A DNA stretch of 64,000 bases from Cenarchaeum sp. Lineage in GTDB: Archaea > Thermoproteota > Nitrososphaeria > Nitrososphaerales > Nitrosopumilaceae. The DNA is taken from the NCBI GenBank assembly GCA_965206845.1, contig OZ242221.1, forward strand, positions 960,001-1,024,000, given 5' to 3'. The position numbers and the translations under genes were made by a program. Each line of letters opens with the position of its first letter. The stretch's first letter is position 1. The notes beneath the pieces are model-generated. The model ran no database searches, had not been told where the DNA came from, and worked only from the letters and a program-made list of their open reading frames with translations. Positions 38,170-48,413 of the stretch are shown piece by piece.

Positions 38170-41100
38170 CGCGCGCCGGTTGCGGCTGGTCGGCCTCGTA
38201 CCCCGATGCGTTGCCGACGGCAGCCAGTCTGCCTGCCGGATCCCTTATCGCACTCGGCTTGCTGCCGCCATCACGCAGCAGGTACAGGTAGCAGTCGCCA
38301 CGGAGCGTCTTTGCCCGGAACCACTCGTTGAATGTAAACGTCACCGGTTCGTCTCCGGTTACCGACTTTGCCAGGATGTATCGAGTGGCTTCCCCCCGGC
38401 CCACAGATCTGATGTCAAAACCGCAGCCCGTCCCAGATACGTTCTCAGGACTCCTGCCGGATCTGCGCTCAAACTCCATGGATCTGTCCAGGGCGAGCCG
38501 CTTCAGGCGCGCGGCATCGGCCGGGCCGGGCAGCACCCTGGCAACGCCCACCACAGACACCCCGCCAATGCTCAAGTCCGCGTCCTGCCTCATCCGCATG
38601 CCCATGTCCCTTCTGGCCAGCCTGTACTTCCTACGGCTCTCCCTCTTGTTCCTGATGGCGAGATCCACATTGGTGCCCTTTCGCTTCTTTGTCAGCAACT
38701 CCACCATGTCGTCCCCTATCCTCTCCAGATGCGAGTCTAGCGACCGCATTCCATACTTTTGCACCAGCACTGCATGCCTGTCCCGCTCTGCAGCAAGATC
38801 CTTCGCATAGTCTGCCAGCAGCTCAGCCGACTTGGCAACTGCCATACCCTTGATCTTCTCCAGGTCCGTCTCCAGATCGTGCTCGGCGTGGCGCCTGTCA
38901 AGATCCAGCACCACCGACGGGGAGACCGGCCGGGTGCCTCCCCTCCCGTCAACAAAACAGGCGAGCATCTGCCTGCCAGCCAGTCTCTGGGATCCGTCGA
39001 ACACCTTGCCCTCGCAGAACACCAGATGGCCGTCCATCCCACCGGTCGGATCTACAAACACGGCTCCGCCCAGCGCGGCATCAGAGTACTTTTGCTCCGC
39101 CCAGTCAAGCGCCGCGTCAAACGCCGGATGCCCAAAGGTTATCAGCTCGGTTCCCGGGTTTGCCATCCTGATCCTCTTGTCAAAGGTGGCCACGGGGTAC
39201 GAGGACGGCACCGGCTCGCCGCTCCTTGCCTGCGCCATCCCGAGTATGTCCTCGGGCAGCTCGATGGATACCAGGTCGTCGTCCCCGACTATCCGGCCCC
39301 CGGCCGCATCCATTATTCTCTGGAACAGATCCCTTGTGTACTCGGGCACCAGCTGCTTCTCTCGCGCCTTCTCCCGCACGCCCTTGAGCATGGTATAGTC
39401 CATGTACTTGGTGGCCAGGCCGTCCTTCATGTAGTCGATTATGCGGTCGTTGTTCGTTGCGATGGACTCCTTCAGATCCGCGATTATGTCCGACTGCCTC
39501 CTCGCGCGGACCGTCGCGTCCAGCAGCATCTGTGCGAGGCTCTTTCCCTGGACGATCTCGCTTATGACGTCAAACACCTTGTCGCTTCCCATGGCCTCCT
39601 TTATCTCGTCTAGCTTCTCAAACAGCGTCTGCATTATCTTGCCCTCACGCGTGTCGGCGGCCACCAGGTTGAAGACGGACACCGGAAACTTTTGGCCGTA
39701 TCGGTGTACCCTGCCCATCCTCTGCTCCAGTCTGTTGGGATTCCATGGCAGGTCATAGTTTATCATCAGGTGGCAGAACTGGAGGTTGATTCCCTCGCCT
39801 GCCGCCTCGGTGGCGACCATCACGCGGGTCCTGTCACGGAAGACACTCTCGGCGTCCTTCCTCTCGTCGGCTGGCATGGCCCCGTGTATGGTGTTTACCG
39901 AGTAGCCCCATCGCCGTATGTTCTCCACCAGGTGGTCCAGCGTGTCCTTGGACTCGGTGAACACCAGTATCTTTTCCTCCGGGTGTCCCTTGTCCATCTC
40001 TTCCATGGTCTTTTTCAGCTGGCTCAATTTTGCCTCGGATCCCTTCCTGACGATCTTCTCGGCCTTTGCTATCAACCCGTCCAGGATGCCGATCTCTTCC
40101 CTGAGCTCCCTCCTGTTTTTGGCCACGGTGATCAGCTCCCATCTCTTCTCCTCGTCCCATTGGTCCTTTTCTGCCACCCCGTCCGCATAGTCGGGGGCGC
40201 CCGCCGGCATGCCCCTTTGTGCGGCATCCATCTTTAGCGCGTCGCTCTCAAGCTGCTTCAGCCTGTGCCTTCTTCTCTTGAGCGACTCTGACAGCGCAAA
40301 CGTGCTGGATGCGAACCGGCGCTGGAGGATTATGAGTGCAAACGTGATGTTGTGGCGCTTGATGGACTGGGTGGCCAGGTTGTACTGCTCGCTGATGTAC
40401 TTGGACATGGCGTTGTACAGGCTCTTTTCGGGACGCGACAGCTGCACGTCTGGCGTCTCCACACTGCGCGGTGCAAAGAGCGGCCTGCCGTCAAAGTCCT
40501 TCATGTCCTCCTTGGTGCGCCTCAGGAACAGCGGATTGTCCTGGTTCTTTATCGACTCATCCATCATTGCGTCCGTGGCAAAGTAGCCCGGCTCCAACAG
40601 GTCCAGGAGCAGCCTGAAGTTCTGGGTGTCCCCCTTGTGTGGTGTCGCGGTCAGGAACAGAATGTGCCTGCTCATTGCGGAGAGCATCTCGCCCAGCTTG
40701 TAGCGCTTGGTCTTGGCGGTGCTGCTGCCGTACGAGTACGCGCTCATCTTGTGCGCCTCGTCCACTATTATCAGGTCAAACCGTATGTCCCTCATCGAGC
40801 CCATCACGTCGTCCTGTTTTGCAAAGTCGATGGATGTAATCAGCTGGCCGCCGTCCCAGGCCCCCATTCCCTCGCTGGCTCCAAAATAACTGCGATCCAC
40901 CACCGTAAAGTCCTCATCGAGCTTGTCCCGGAGCTCCCACCTCCACTGCTCCTTCAGCTGTCCGGGAACCACTATCAGGACGCGCCGTACCTCATTTCTC
41001 ATCTTCATCTCCTTGATTACCAGCCCTGCCATGATCGTCTTTCCGGCTCCGGGATCGTGCGCCAGCATGAACCGTATCCTGGATTTTTTAAGCACATGCT

Positions 41101-41398
41101 CGTACACGGCCTCTATCTGGTGTGGCAGGGGATCCACCTTGGAGACACTCACCGCGAGGATCGGATCGTATGCGAAGGCGTACCTGAACCTTTTGGCTTC
41201 CAGCGCCAGAAACGCTTGCCCGGAATCGGCAGGCTTGTGCATCGGGATCGTGGAGCTCTTGCGGCGCCCCCCTGCACTCTTGGCACGGCTTATTCCTGCC
41301 TCACCTGCACTGGGCACATCATTCTGGCAATGGGTCTCCTGATTGCCAATTAAAGTATAGCGTCTGCTAGTCGGTACATACTCACGCCCATGATGCAC
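38153..41398 (-). CDS. SNF2/RapA-like helicase with C-terminal DUF3883-like domain
   Basis: LPHQ, LAHDPGAGKT, DEAH, LTATP, GEGINLQ, PWNPNRLEQRMGRVHRYGQ; C-terminal GFDIRS...FTFNEW...YLY; start uncertain. Confidence 0.9.
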   Translation of the reverse strand: MHHGREYVPTSRRYTLIGNQETHCQNDVPSAGEAGISRAKSAGGRRKSSTIPMHKPADSGQAFLALEAKRFRYAFAYDPILAVSVSKVDPLPHQIEAVYEHVLKKSRIRFMLAHDPGAGKTIMAGLVIKEMKMRNEVRRVLIVVPGQLKEQWRWELRDKLDEDFTVVDRSYFGASEGMGAWDGGQLITSIDFAKQDDVMGSMRDIRFDLIIVDEAHKMSAYSYGSSTAKTKRYKLGEMLSAMSRHILFLTATPHKGDTQNFRLLLDLLEPGYFATDAMMDESIKNQDNPLFLRRTKEDMKDFDGRPLFAPRSVETPDVQLSRPEKSLYNAMSKYISEQYNLATQSIKRHNITFALIILQRRFASSTFALSESLKRRRHRLKQLESDALKMDAAQRGMPAGAPDYADGVAEKDQWDEEKRWELITVAKNRRELREEIGILDGLIAKAEKIVRKGSEAKLSQLKKTMEEMDKGHPEEKILVFTESKDTLDHLVENIRRWGYSVNTIHGAMPADERKDAESVFRDRTRVMVATEAAGEGINLQFCHLMINYDLPWNPNRLEQRMGRVHRYGQKFPVSVFNLVAADTREGKIMQTLFEKLDEIKEAMGSDKVFDVISEIVQGKSLAQMLLDATVRARRQSDIIADLKESIATNNDRIIDYMKDGLATKYMDYTMLKGVREKAREKQLVPEYTRDLFQRIMDAAGGRIVGDDDLVSIELPEDILGMAQARSGEPVPSSYPVATFDKRIRMANPGTELITFGHPAFDAALDWAEQKYSDAALGGAVFVDPTGGMDGHLVFCEGKVFDGSQRLAGRQMLACFVDGRGGTRPVSPSVVLDLDRRHAEHDLETDLEKIKGMAVAKSAELLADYAKDLAAERDRHAVLVQKYGMRSLDSHLERIGDDMVELLTKKRKGTNVDLAIRNKRESRRKYRLARRDMGMRMRQDADLSIGGVSVVGVARVLPGPADAARLKRLALDRSMEFERRSGRSPENVSGTGCGFDIRSVGRGEATRYILAKSVTGDEPVTFTFNEWFRAKTLRGDCYLYLLRDGGSKPSAIRDPAGRLAAVGNASGYEADQPQPARATDPP

Positions 41399-41516
41399 CT
41401 AGTCGTAAAAACACGCGGCAGTGTGCAAAACTATGCCTAGCTTTGATCCGGACCTGAGGAGTACCGTCGCAGCCTAAACAAGATTTATAACCAAACCGAC
41501 GAGTATGAGAGCTTGA

Positions 41517-42122
41517 ATGTCTGAGCAGGGTAGCCAGAGTACTGGCGGTCTTTCTAGACGCGACTTTCTCAAGCTGATGGGCGCCGCAGGAACCGGGCTG
41601 GCGTTTGCGCCGTTCGTCCCCTGGGGCAACTTTATGCCAAACCCGTCGTCTGCATCCCTGGAGAAGGTTCCAGTGGAGCTGCCGGACGGCACGCAGGCAA
41701 ACGCCAACACGTATCCGGTAAACTACGCAGAGGTGATCACATACCCCAGGACCGGAGACCGCGCTCTGGACGCGGAGGCGTTCCGCAAATGGCAGTTTAT
41801 CCGACTGCCTGCGGAGCTGGGCGGCGAACAGGTGGCAACATCCTCATTCCGTGCATACAGCATGGTGTGCCTGCACCTGTGGTGCCTGTGGAAGTACTGG
41901 CCCGAGGAGGGACGAAAGAGAGGCGAATGCCCGTGTCACGGCAGCATGTATGATGCCAGAACCGGCACCGCGTTTGCCGGACCGGCCTCGCTGCAGGCCC
42001 CGCCGTCAAACACCCTGCCGCAGCTTGACTTTGAGATGGATTCAGAGAAGCTGTTGTGGATCACACCGCCCACCTGGGGCATAAACACGAACGGAGTTAT
42101 TGGTTATGGCCGCCTTATCTAG
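41517..42122 (+). CDS. Rieske [2Fe-2S] protein of complex III, Tat-exported
   Basis: SRRDFLK Tat motif, CLHLWC and CPCHGS. Confidence 0.93.
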   Translation: MSEQGSQSTGGLSRRDFLKLMGAAGTGLAFAPFVPWGNFMPNPSSASLEKVPVELPDGTQANANTYPVNYAEVITYPRTGDRALDAEAFRKWQFIRLPAELGGEQVATSSFRAYSMVCLHLWCLWKYWPEEGRKRGECPCHGSMYDARTGTAFAGPASLQAPPSNTLPQLDFEMDSEKLLWITPPTWGINTNGVIGYGRLI

Positions 42123-43680
42123 ACGTACCGGCGGAGTAGGATTCTTTCACTGGGTCTGGGACGGCCTGGATCGAACCATATTCACCGCCATCAAGTTCTC
42201 ATTTCCTGCAAGATTCGTGAGCCCCTTTGGATTCCTTGGGATGCTTACGTTCATCACGTTTGTTATCTTGGGCATCTCCGGGGCCCTGCTCATGTTCTAC
42301 TACCAGCCCATTCTGGACAGGGCCTGGGACAGCGTCCAGTTCATCAACGACGACGTCCCCTTTGGCTTCCACATCAGGAACATACACTATCACGGGTCCA
42401 ATGCCATGGTGCTCCTGGCCATACTGCACATGTACTACCAGTACTTCAGCGGCAGGTACAAGATCAGAAATGAGATACTTTGGGTTACCGGCGTCATACT
42501 GGGAACGGTCACCATACTGGAGGCCTTTACAGGATACGATGTCATATTCAGCGAGCGTGCAGAGCTGGCCATCAGCATTGCCGCGTCCCTGACCAACTCG
42601 ATACCCATCGTGGGGCCTACCATACGGGAATCCATGTTCGGAAACGGGTTCTCGGACTTTGTCCTGCGGTTCTACGCGCAGCATGTGTTCATACTGCCGG
42701 TGGTGATGCTGGGGCTGATGGCGGTGCACTTTCCGCGGTTTCTGGTGTTTGACGTGCCTATGGTCATGGCGATATCTGGCGCAATACTCATCACGGGAGG
42801 TGTGTTTCCCATCGACCTTGGATTCAAGTTCGAGCCGGAGGTGCCTCCGGGCATTACGGTGCCCGAGTGGTACCTGACGGGGCTTTACGCATTCCTGAGG
42901 ACGCAGTATGACAAGTTCGTGACCGGGGTGTTGTGGCCGGGCCTGTTCATAGGGTCGTTGCTGCTGATCCCCTTCATAGACAGGTACAAAAGGTTCTCGT
43001 GGAAGGATCGCCCCATCATTACCGCATGGGGAATCACGGGCATCGCCCAGATAATGGTGACAACCTACTGGGGATTCTACATACCCTCAGATGTCACGCG
43101 GCCCCTGGTGGAGAGGCTGGTCATAGATCCCGTGTACCTGTACACAGTGATGATCCTGCTGGTGCCGCTGGGCTTTGGGTTCAGCTACATGATGATCCAC
43201 ATGGCTAGGGAGGCCGAGCGAAAGGCGAAGATGGCCAAGTCCAAGGGACCCAAGAAGGTAGCTGCCATAGATCTCTCCGAGAGGTGGCTCAACTGGACCA
43301 TCGTGGCACTGATCGCGTTCCAGGTATTCCTGAACATATCTGCGTACAACGCGGTGCTTACGGGGATGAACAACCTGTCGTTGTTCTTTGTGGGGCTGAT
43401 ACTGATCGTGTTTGCGGGATTCTTCCACGTCTACCGGTACGCGCTCAACCAGGCAAAGAAGATGCCTCCGCCGCCGCCCAAGATTACAAGGAAGCAGAGG
43501 CCAAAGGCCATCTCAGAGCCGCAGGCGGGAGCCCCGGGGCTGCCGTTGAGGAGGCCCGCCGCGGCGCCCGCCAAAGAGCAGAACGCCCCGCAGGCCGTGT
43601 CGACACCGCAGATACAGGCAAGCCCACCAGGCACGGACAGGGACACGGCAATCGGCCAGTCCGACATCCCCAGGCCCTGA
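42106..43680 (+). CDS. petB: Cytochrome b (complex III)
   Basis: Heme-ligand His (RNIHYHG, LH, QH), PEWY motif, multi-TM. Confidence 0.92.
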   Translation: MAALSRRTGGVGFFHWVWDGLDRTIFTAIKFSFPARFVSPFGFLGMLTFITFVILGISGALLMFYYQPILDRAWDSVQFINDDVPFGFHIRNIHYHGSNAMVLLAILHMYYQYFSGRYKIRNEILWVTGVILGTVTILEAFTGYDVIFSERAELAISIAASLTNSIPIVGPTIRESMFGNGFSDFVLRFYAQHVFILPVVMLGLMAVHFPRFLVFDVPMVMAISGAILITGGVFPIDLGFKFEPEVPPGITVPEWYLTGLYAFLRTQYDKFVTGVLWPGLFIGSLLLIPFIDRYKRFSWKDRPIITAWGITGIAQIMVTTYWGFYIPSDVTRPLVERLVIDPVYLYTVMILLVPLGFGFSYMMIHMAREAERKAKMAKSKGPKKVAAIDLSERWLNWTIVALIAFQVFLNISAYNAVLTGMNNLSLFFVGLILIVFAGFFHVYRYALNQAKKMPPPPPKITRKQRPKAISEPQAGAPGLPLRRPAAAPAKEQNAPQAVSTPQIQASPPGTDRDTAIGQSDIPRP

Positions 43681-43827
43681 ACGGCCATTCCGGCCCGCAC
43701 AGTAAGAGTCAGGCCGCCCAACGGGGTTTGGGCGCAAGGCCGGCACTTGACGGCCAACCCGATCCATACGTGACGCCATCCCCACAAAAATCAAGCTTTA
43801 TAATACTTTGACGAATGGGCAAATACG

Positions 43828-44292
43828 TTGAGCAGTACAACCACGGCCAACGCCTACGGCATAGGGATAATGACCATGATCGTGGGACTTACTGCAGTCG
43901 TAGTCTTCTACCAGTCGTTTTATCTCCCCGAGTCGCTGCTGAAGCCGTCCGTGGACGAGCACATCCTGAACCCTACACGGACCCTGCAGATATCCATCAT
44001 TCAGGGCTCCTCAAGCCCCGACCAGCAGGACAACTACCAGCCAAAGGTGGTAGGCATACAGCTGGGGATAGACAACCACGTGATCTGGATCAATGATGAC
44101 GACACTGCGCACACCGTGACCCCGGATCACTCTGTCGCAGACGCGTACAGCGGGGAGTTCGGCTCCATCGGCGTGATCAGGGTGGGCGAGACGTACGAGT
44201 TTCTGTTTACGGACTCGGTGACGATTCCCTACCACTGTACCCCGCATCCCTGGATGACAGGCATGCTGGATATCACAAAACAGAGATTCTAG
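43828..44292 (+). CDS. Membrane-anchored plastocyanin-like blue copper protein
   Basis: N-terminal TM, WIN.D..AHTVT, YHCTPHPWM. Confidence 0.88.
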   Translation: MSSTTTANAYGIGIMTMIVGLTAVVVFYQSFYLPESLLKPSVDEHILNPTRTLQISIIQGSSSPDQQDNYQPKVVGIQLGIDNHVIWINDDDTAHTVTPDHSVADAYSGEFGSIGVIRVGETYEFLFTDSVTIPYHCTPHPWMTGMLDITKQRF

Positions 44293-44336
44293 GCTGCACC
44301 GTTGTGCCTGGTTTGACGCAGCAGCCCTGCGCCGTC

Positions 44337-44684
44337 CTACAGGTACCTTGCAAATATGATGTCGCTGGCGACCTCTTTGTGCTGCTCGATAATCGTCACG
44401 CGGAACTTGACCTCGTGCTCCCCCCTGGGCTCAAAGTCGATGCATGCGGCAAACTCGATCCTGTTGTCGGGCATGTGATCCCTGTTCACAAACAGCCTTG
44501 CCGTGTGCTGGGACACCTTCCTGCCGTTGTATGATATGTAGTGGATGAGCTCATTCGAGTCCAGGATCTGGACGTTTATCATCACGCCGTCGTACCTGCC
44601 GGGAAAGCCTACCGTTACCGTGCCCCTGATCTCATCGCCCCGGTGAACGTCTGTCTCTGCCAGACGTATCACTATGTCCTTCAC
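44337..44684 (-). CDS. Hypothetical protein
   Basis: Beta-rich ORF; GTG start chosen because the longer ORF overlaps the tRNA. Confidence 0.65.
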   Translation of the reverse strand: MKDIVIRLAETDVHRGDEIRGTVTVGFPGRYDGVMINVQILDSNELIHYISYNGRKVSQHTARLFVNRDHMPDNRIEFAACIDFEPRGEHEVKFRVTIIEQHKEVASDIIFARYL

Positions 44685-44752
44685 TGGGTATGGTGCTGCA
44701 TGATCACATAAATTTGTAGGCTGGCCGGCTCCGGGCGGCGCAGGAAAGAAGG

Positions 44753-44827
44753 CAGGCCCGAAGGGCTTCGATCCCTCGACCACTGGATTAGAAGTCCAAC
44801 ACTCTATCCAAACTGAGCTACGGGCCT
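44753..44827 (-). tRNA. tRNA-Arg(TCT)
   Basis: AGGCCCG acceptor stem, anticodon loop CT-TCT-AA, T-arm GGATCGAAGCC, no intron. Confidence 0.95.
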
Positions 44828-44864
44828 ACTTGCAGCTCGTACCGGCAAATGTTATTTTAATTGT

Positions 44865-45695
44865 TCACCACGTCCTGTGCTCGTCCTCCCGCTGCATCTT
44901 GAAGAGAAACTGCTGCGCGTATCCCGCATGCGGGCCAAAGTACTCCACCAGCCTCCGGCGCGTCTCGGCGTAGCGCCTGGGCGTGAGCTGGCCGTCCGGG
45001 GCAAGGTCGGGGTAGTGCCTGGATATGGCCCGAAGCATCCACCTGTCCAGGGGAAACGCGTCCATCTTCTCCAGCGAGAACAGCATGGCGCAGTCGGCCA
45101 CCTTCTCCCCCACGCCGGGCACCTGCAGCAGGGCGTCTTTTGCCGCGGCATAGTCGGCGCGCCTCAACTGCTCCAGATCGAGCCGACCGTCCTGCACCAT
45201 CCTGGCCGCCTCCCTCACGTATCCGGCCCGGTACCCCAGTCCGCACCTTAGCAGCTCGTCGCCTGATGCCTGCGCCAGCTCCTGGGCCCCCGGAAACAGG
45301 GCAAACTCCCTGCCGTCAAGCTCGCACCTGCCACCAAACACGGCGCAGAGCCGCCGTAACGTTCCCCGGATGTTCTGTATGTTGGAGTTAGATGAGGTTA
45401 TGAACGATATCAGGCACTGAAAGGGCTCCTGCCTCAGGAGCCGCAGGCCCGCGAACCGCTCCGTTGCCCCCCTCATTGCGCCGTCCTTGGAGATCTCGTC
45501 CAGTATGCGGGGATAGTCGTCTGACATCCGGAAGAGGTCGCATCCGGGGCCCGTGTGGAGTACCCTGAACGGCTCCGGGCTCACCCTGATGACGTCGGAT
45601 CCGCTGACGCCGTACCATAGGCCCCCAGACTCTGTCCACAGGAATACCTGGCCGCTGTTGATGCTGGCATCCACGTCGACCCTGTCCGCCGGCAC
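44865..45695 (-). CDS. 8-oxoguanine DNA glycosylase (Ogg1-like HhH-GPD)
   Basis: SGQVFLW, GLRLLRQEP, GLGYRA, PGVGEKVADC, FPLD, AGYAQQFLF. Confidence 0.9.
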   Translation of the reverse strand: MPADRVDVDASINSGQVFLWTESGGLWYGVSGSDVIRVSPEPFRVLHTGPGCDLFRMSDDYPRILDEISKDGAMRGATERFAGLRLLRQEPFQCLISFITSSNSNIQNIRGTLRRLCAVFGGRCELDGREFALFPGAQELAQASGDELLRCGLGYRAGYVREAARMVQDGRLDLEQLRRADYAAAKDALLQVPGVGEKVADCAMLFSLEKMDAFPLDRWMLRAISRHYPDLAPDGQLTPRRYAETRRRLVEYFGPHAGYAQQFLFKMQREDEHRTW

Positions 45696-45696
45696 C

Positions 45697-46962
45697 CTAT
45701 ACCTCTACCACTTCGTTCAGTTTTCCCGAATGGGCCTGCAGGCCAAACCTTTCATGGATCTCCTGTGCAAACGTACTGCAGGATTCGGCGTCGCCGTGAA
45801 TCGTAACAACCTTGGGATCTCCCTTTATTCCCTTGATAAGGTCAAACAGGCCGTTGCGATCCGAGTGTCCGGAGAACTCGAACTGTTTTACCTGGGCCCT
45901 TACGGCCATGGTCTTGCCCCGGGTGGACACGTTTCCCGTATCCAGCAGCATCCTTCCCGGCGTGCCCTCGCCCTGATATGACACCAATGCTATCCCGTTT
46001 CTCTCGTCAAAGGCCATGTTCTGCAGGTAGAACACCGCGTTGCCGCCCACCAGCATTCCGGCAGGCGATATCACGACGCACGGCTCGTCCAGTGCCCGTT
46101 TGCGCTGGCCGTGGTGCCTGATCGACGTTGCATGCCTTACGGCATCGGAAAAGATGTCCGGATCCCTCTGGAATTCCGGGTGCCGGAGGATTATGTCATT
46201 TACCTTCAGCGCCATCCCGTCCATTACGACCCTGTGCTTGAAGTTTCCACTCCTCAGCACGCAGGCAATCTCCTGTGATCGCTCCACCGAGAATGACGGA
46301 ACAAAGAGCACGCCCTTCCTGTCCATCACCTCGTTTGCAAACTCCAAAAGCCCCTTCTCGGACTCGGCCCTCGGCACCTGGGCCTTTTGCGAGTACGTGC
46401 TCTCGGTGATCAGCAGATCAATGTCTCCGATGTCAAGATCCGCCCCGCGGAGCATTCGCGACCCCTGGATGTTGATGTCCCCGGTGTAGAAGAGCTTCTT
46501 GCCCCCGGACTCGACTAGCGCGGTGCTGCCTCCGACCACATGGCCTGACTCCCTCAGCTCAAAGGTGGCCTTGCCCCGGGACACCTTCTGGCGGTAGTCG
46601 ACCGGCTTGTGGTTTCTCATCATCTTGTTGACCTCCATAATATCAAAGGTGTGCGCGTTCTTCTCGATCTTGAGCATGTCCTCTATGAGCAGGCGGGACA
46701 GCTCCATGGTGGGCTGGGTGCTGTACACCCCGGCGCTGCCGCTCACAAACAGCGACGGCACGTTGCCCGAGTGATCCAGGTGCGCGTGCGTTATTATGAC
46801 AGAGTCCACGTCCTTGGGCTTTACGTGGAGCGGATACTGCGGCGGCTTGCCCCGCCTCCCAAACATGACGCCATAGTCCAGCAGCAGGTTGGTTCCATCG
46901 GCATCCACCAGAAATCCTGACCGGCCAACCTCTTCGGCGGCCCCCAGTATTCTCACCTTCAA
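45697..46962 (-). CDS. Beta-CASP metallo-beta-lactamase ribonuclease
   Basis: EVGRS, THAHLDHSG, GH..GG, YTGD, ESTY, FSGH, IHGD. Confidence 0.9.
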   Translation of the reverse strand: MKVRILGAAEEVGRSGFLVDADGTNLLLDYGVMFGRRGKPPQYPLHVKPKDVDSVIITHAHLDHSGNVPSLFVSGSAGVYSTQPTMELSRLLIEDMLKIEKNAHTFDIMEVNKMMRNHKPVDYRQKVSRGKATFELRESGHVVGGSTALVESGGKKLFYTGDINIQGSRMLRGADLDIGDIDLLITESTYSQKAQVPRAESEKGLLEFANEVMDRKGVLFVPSFSVERSQEIACVLRSGNFKHRVVMDGMALKVNDIILRHPEFQRDPDIFSDAVRHATSIRHHGQRKRALDEPCVVISPAGMLVGGNAVFYLQNMAFDERNGIALVSYQGEGTPGRMLLDTGNVSTRGKTMAVRAQVKQFEFSGHSDRNGLFDLIKGIKGDPKVVTIHGDAESCSTFAQEIHERFGLQAHSGKLNEVVEV

Positions 46963-47118
46963 GAATTTTTGTCGATGCAGGCCCCTTAAAGTCTTATTGA
47001 TGCCAGGCTGGGCACGTATCCCGGCTCGGCACAGGCCAGGTCCGTGCCTGCAGGACGCGATCCGCCCCCAAAAAATTCTGGTAAACCTTTAAATCATCAC
47101 AGACGAAAACTCCAACCG

Positions 47119-47721
47119 TTGACCGTCGTTACCAAGTCAATCGATATCAAAGCTTCCATAGATTCCGTGTTTACATACTTTGCCAGACCCGAGCATGTCT
47201 CGGATCAGCTGAAGACCGACATGGTGGGAATGACCGTGGTTCCCATGGACATCAAGGAAGGCATGGGCGTGGGAACGACCTTCAGAATCATCGGCAACTT
47301 TGGCGGCAAGCGCCTGGAGTGGGACTGCGAGACCGTCGAGTTTGAGAAGGAGGAGAGGATATCCGCAAAGCAGATAGACGGCCCGTTCAAGAGATGGATA
47401 ATCGTCAACGAGTTTGAGGCAAGGGGCGACAACCTGACCCGGGTTACCATGACCGTGGACTATGAGATGCCCTTTGGACCGCTGGGAAGCATCATGGACA
47501 AGGCCAAGTTTGCAAAGTCCGCCGAGCGGGGCATGGAGACCGCACTCTACAACGTCCGTGGCCTGCTGGAGGGCAACGGCTCGATTCCGGTATACATCAC
47601 CTTGGACGCATACAGGAAGCTCCTGGCCGAGAAGAAGAAGATGAACAACCTGCCGGTCTCCACGGTACTTACCGCCATTCTGGAAAGGTATGACGCGATC
47701 GAGACCACGATCAAGAACTGA
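47119..47721 (+). CDS. SRPBCC/cyclase-domain protein
   Basis: START-like pattern (VFTYF..P, GVGTTF, QIDGPF, DYEMPFGPLG); TTG start after TTTAAA box. Confidence 0.8.
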   Translation: MTVVTKSIDIKASIDSVFTYFARPEHVSDQLKTDMVGMTVVPMDIKEGMGVGTTFRIIGNFGGKRLEWDCETVEFEKEERISAKQIDGPFKRWIIVNEFEARGDNLTRVTMTVDYEMPFGPLGSIMDKAKFAKSAERGMETALYNVRGLLEGNGSIPVYITLDAYRKLLAEKKKMNNLPVSTVLTAILERYDAIETTIKN

Positions 47722-47920
47722 CATAATAGCTTAGGTCGCCGCCTGATCGGATCCACTGGATATTTCTGACCGTTTTGTGCAGGTTTGGGCATAAATTACG
47801 GCAAATACGATAAAATTTGCAGGCCTGGCCATGCCCAATCCGACGCCCCACAGGCGTGACGGGCGCGGCTTGGCTGCAATCCCAACTTTAATAAAAAAAC
47901 GATTTCTGCTGTCCTACAGT

Positions 47921-47994
47921 GGGTCTATGGCTCAGCCAGGTAGAGCACCGGACTCTTAATCCGGCTGTCGGGGGTTCGAATCCCTCTAGACCCG
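47921..47994 (+). tRNA. tRNA-Lys(CTT)
   Basis: GGGTCTA/TAGACCC acceptor stem, CT-CTT-AA loop, GGTTCGAATCC. Confidence 0.95.
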
Positions 47995-48017
47995 CCCACC
48001 ATACGCCAACTAAAATA

Positions 48018-48273
48018 GGGAATTATATACTTCGGTAGGCATAACCGGGGAATTACATACAAAAGTAACCAAAATTCCTGCCTTTTTGGCGCTCCCTTTC
48101 GCGCGCCGTCCTTGTTAGATGCCGGCGCGTCATCCGTGGCGGCCGTAATCGCACGGACAAGCATAACGGGATGGATGGCCATGACAGTGCGGACTGTCCG
48201 CATGGTCTGCATGGTATTGTCGCGGCGCTTTTATGCGATGTGAAATATTGCATGTGGTAATGAAATCAATCAT
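48018..48273 (+). mobile_element. Truncated 5' end of the TnpB/TIR element (copy 3)
   Basis: GGGAATTATATAC at 48018 and GGGAATTACATACAAAAGTA at 48048, leader homologous to copies 1/2, ATG AAA TCA ATC ATG (MKSIM) at 48260, then cut by the 140-bp MITE. Confidence 0.88.
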
Positions 48274-48413
48274 GAGATGTGATTCGTAATTAGCACGCAG
48301 GCATATTAGAGCACGATCTTTGGCATAATCATACGAAAGTTGCATGCTTTGGAGCACACATCTGTAAGATTATGGGCATCGAAGGCCCGATTCTTAATTG
48401 CGGATCATGTCTC
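48274..48413 (+). mobile_element. 140-bp MITE, copy B
   Basis: Near-identical to copy A. Confidence 0.9.
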
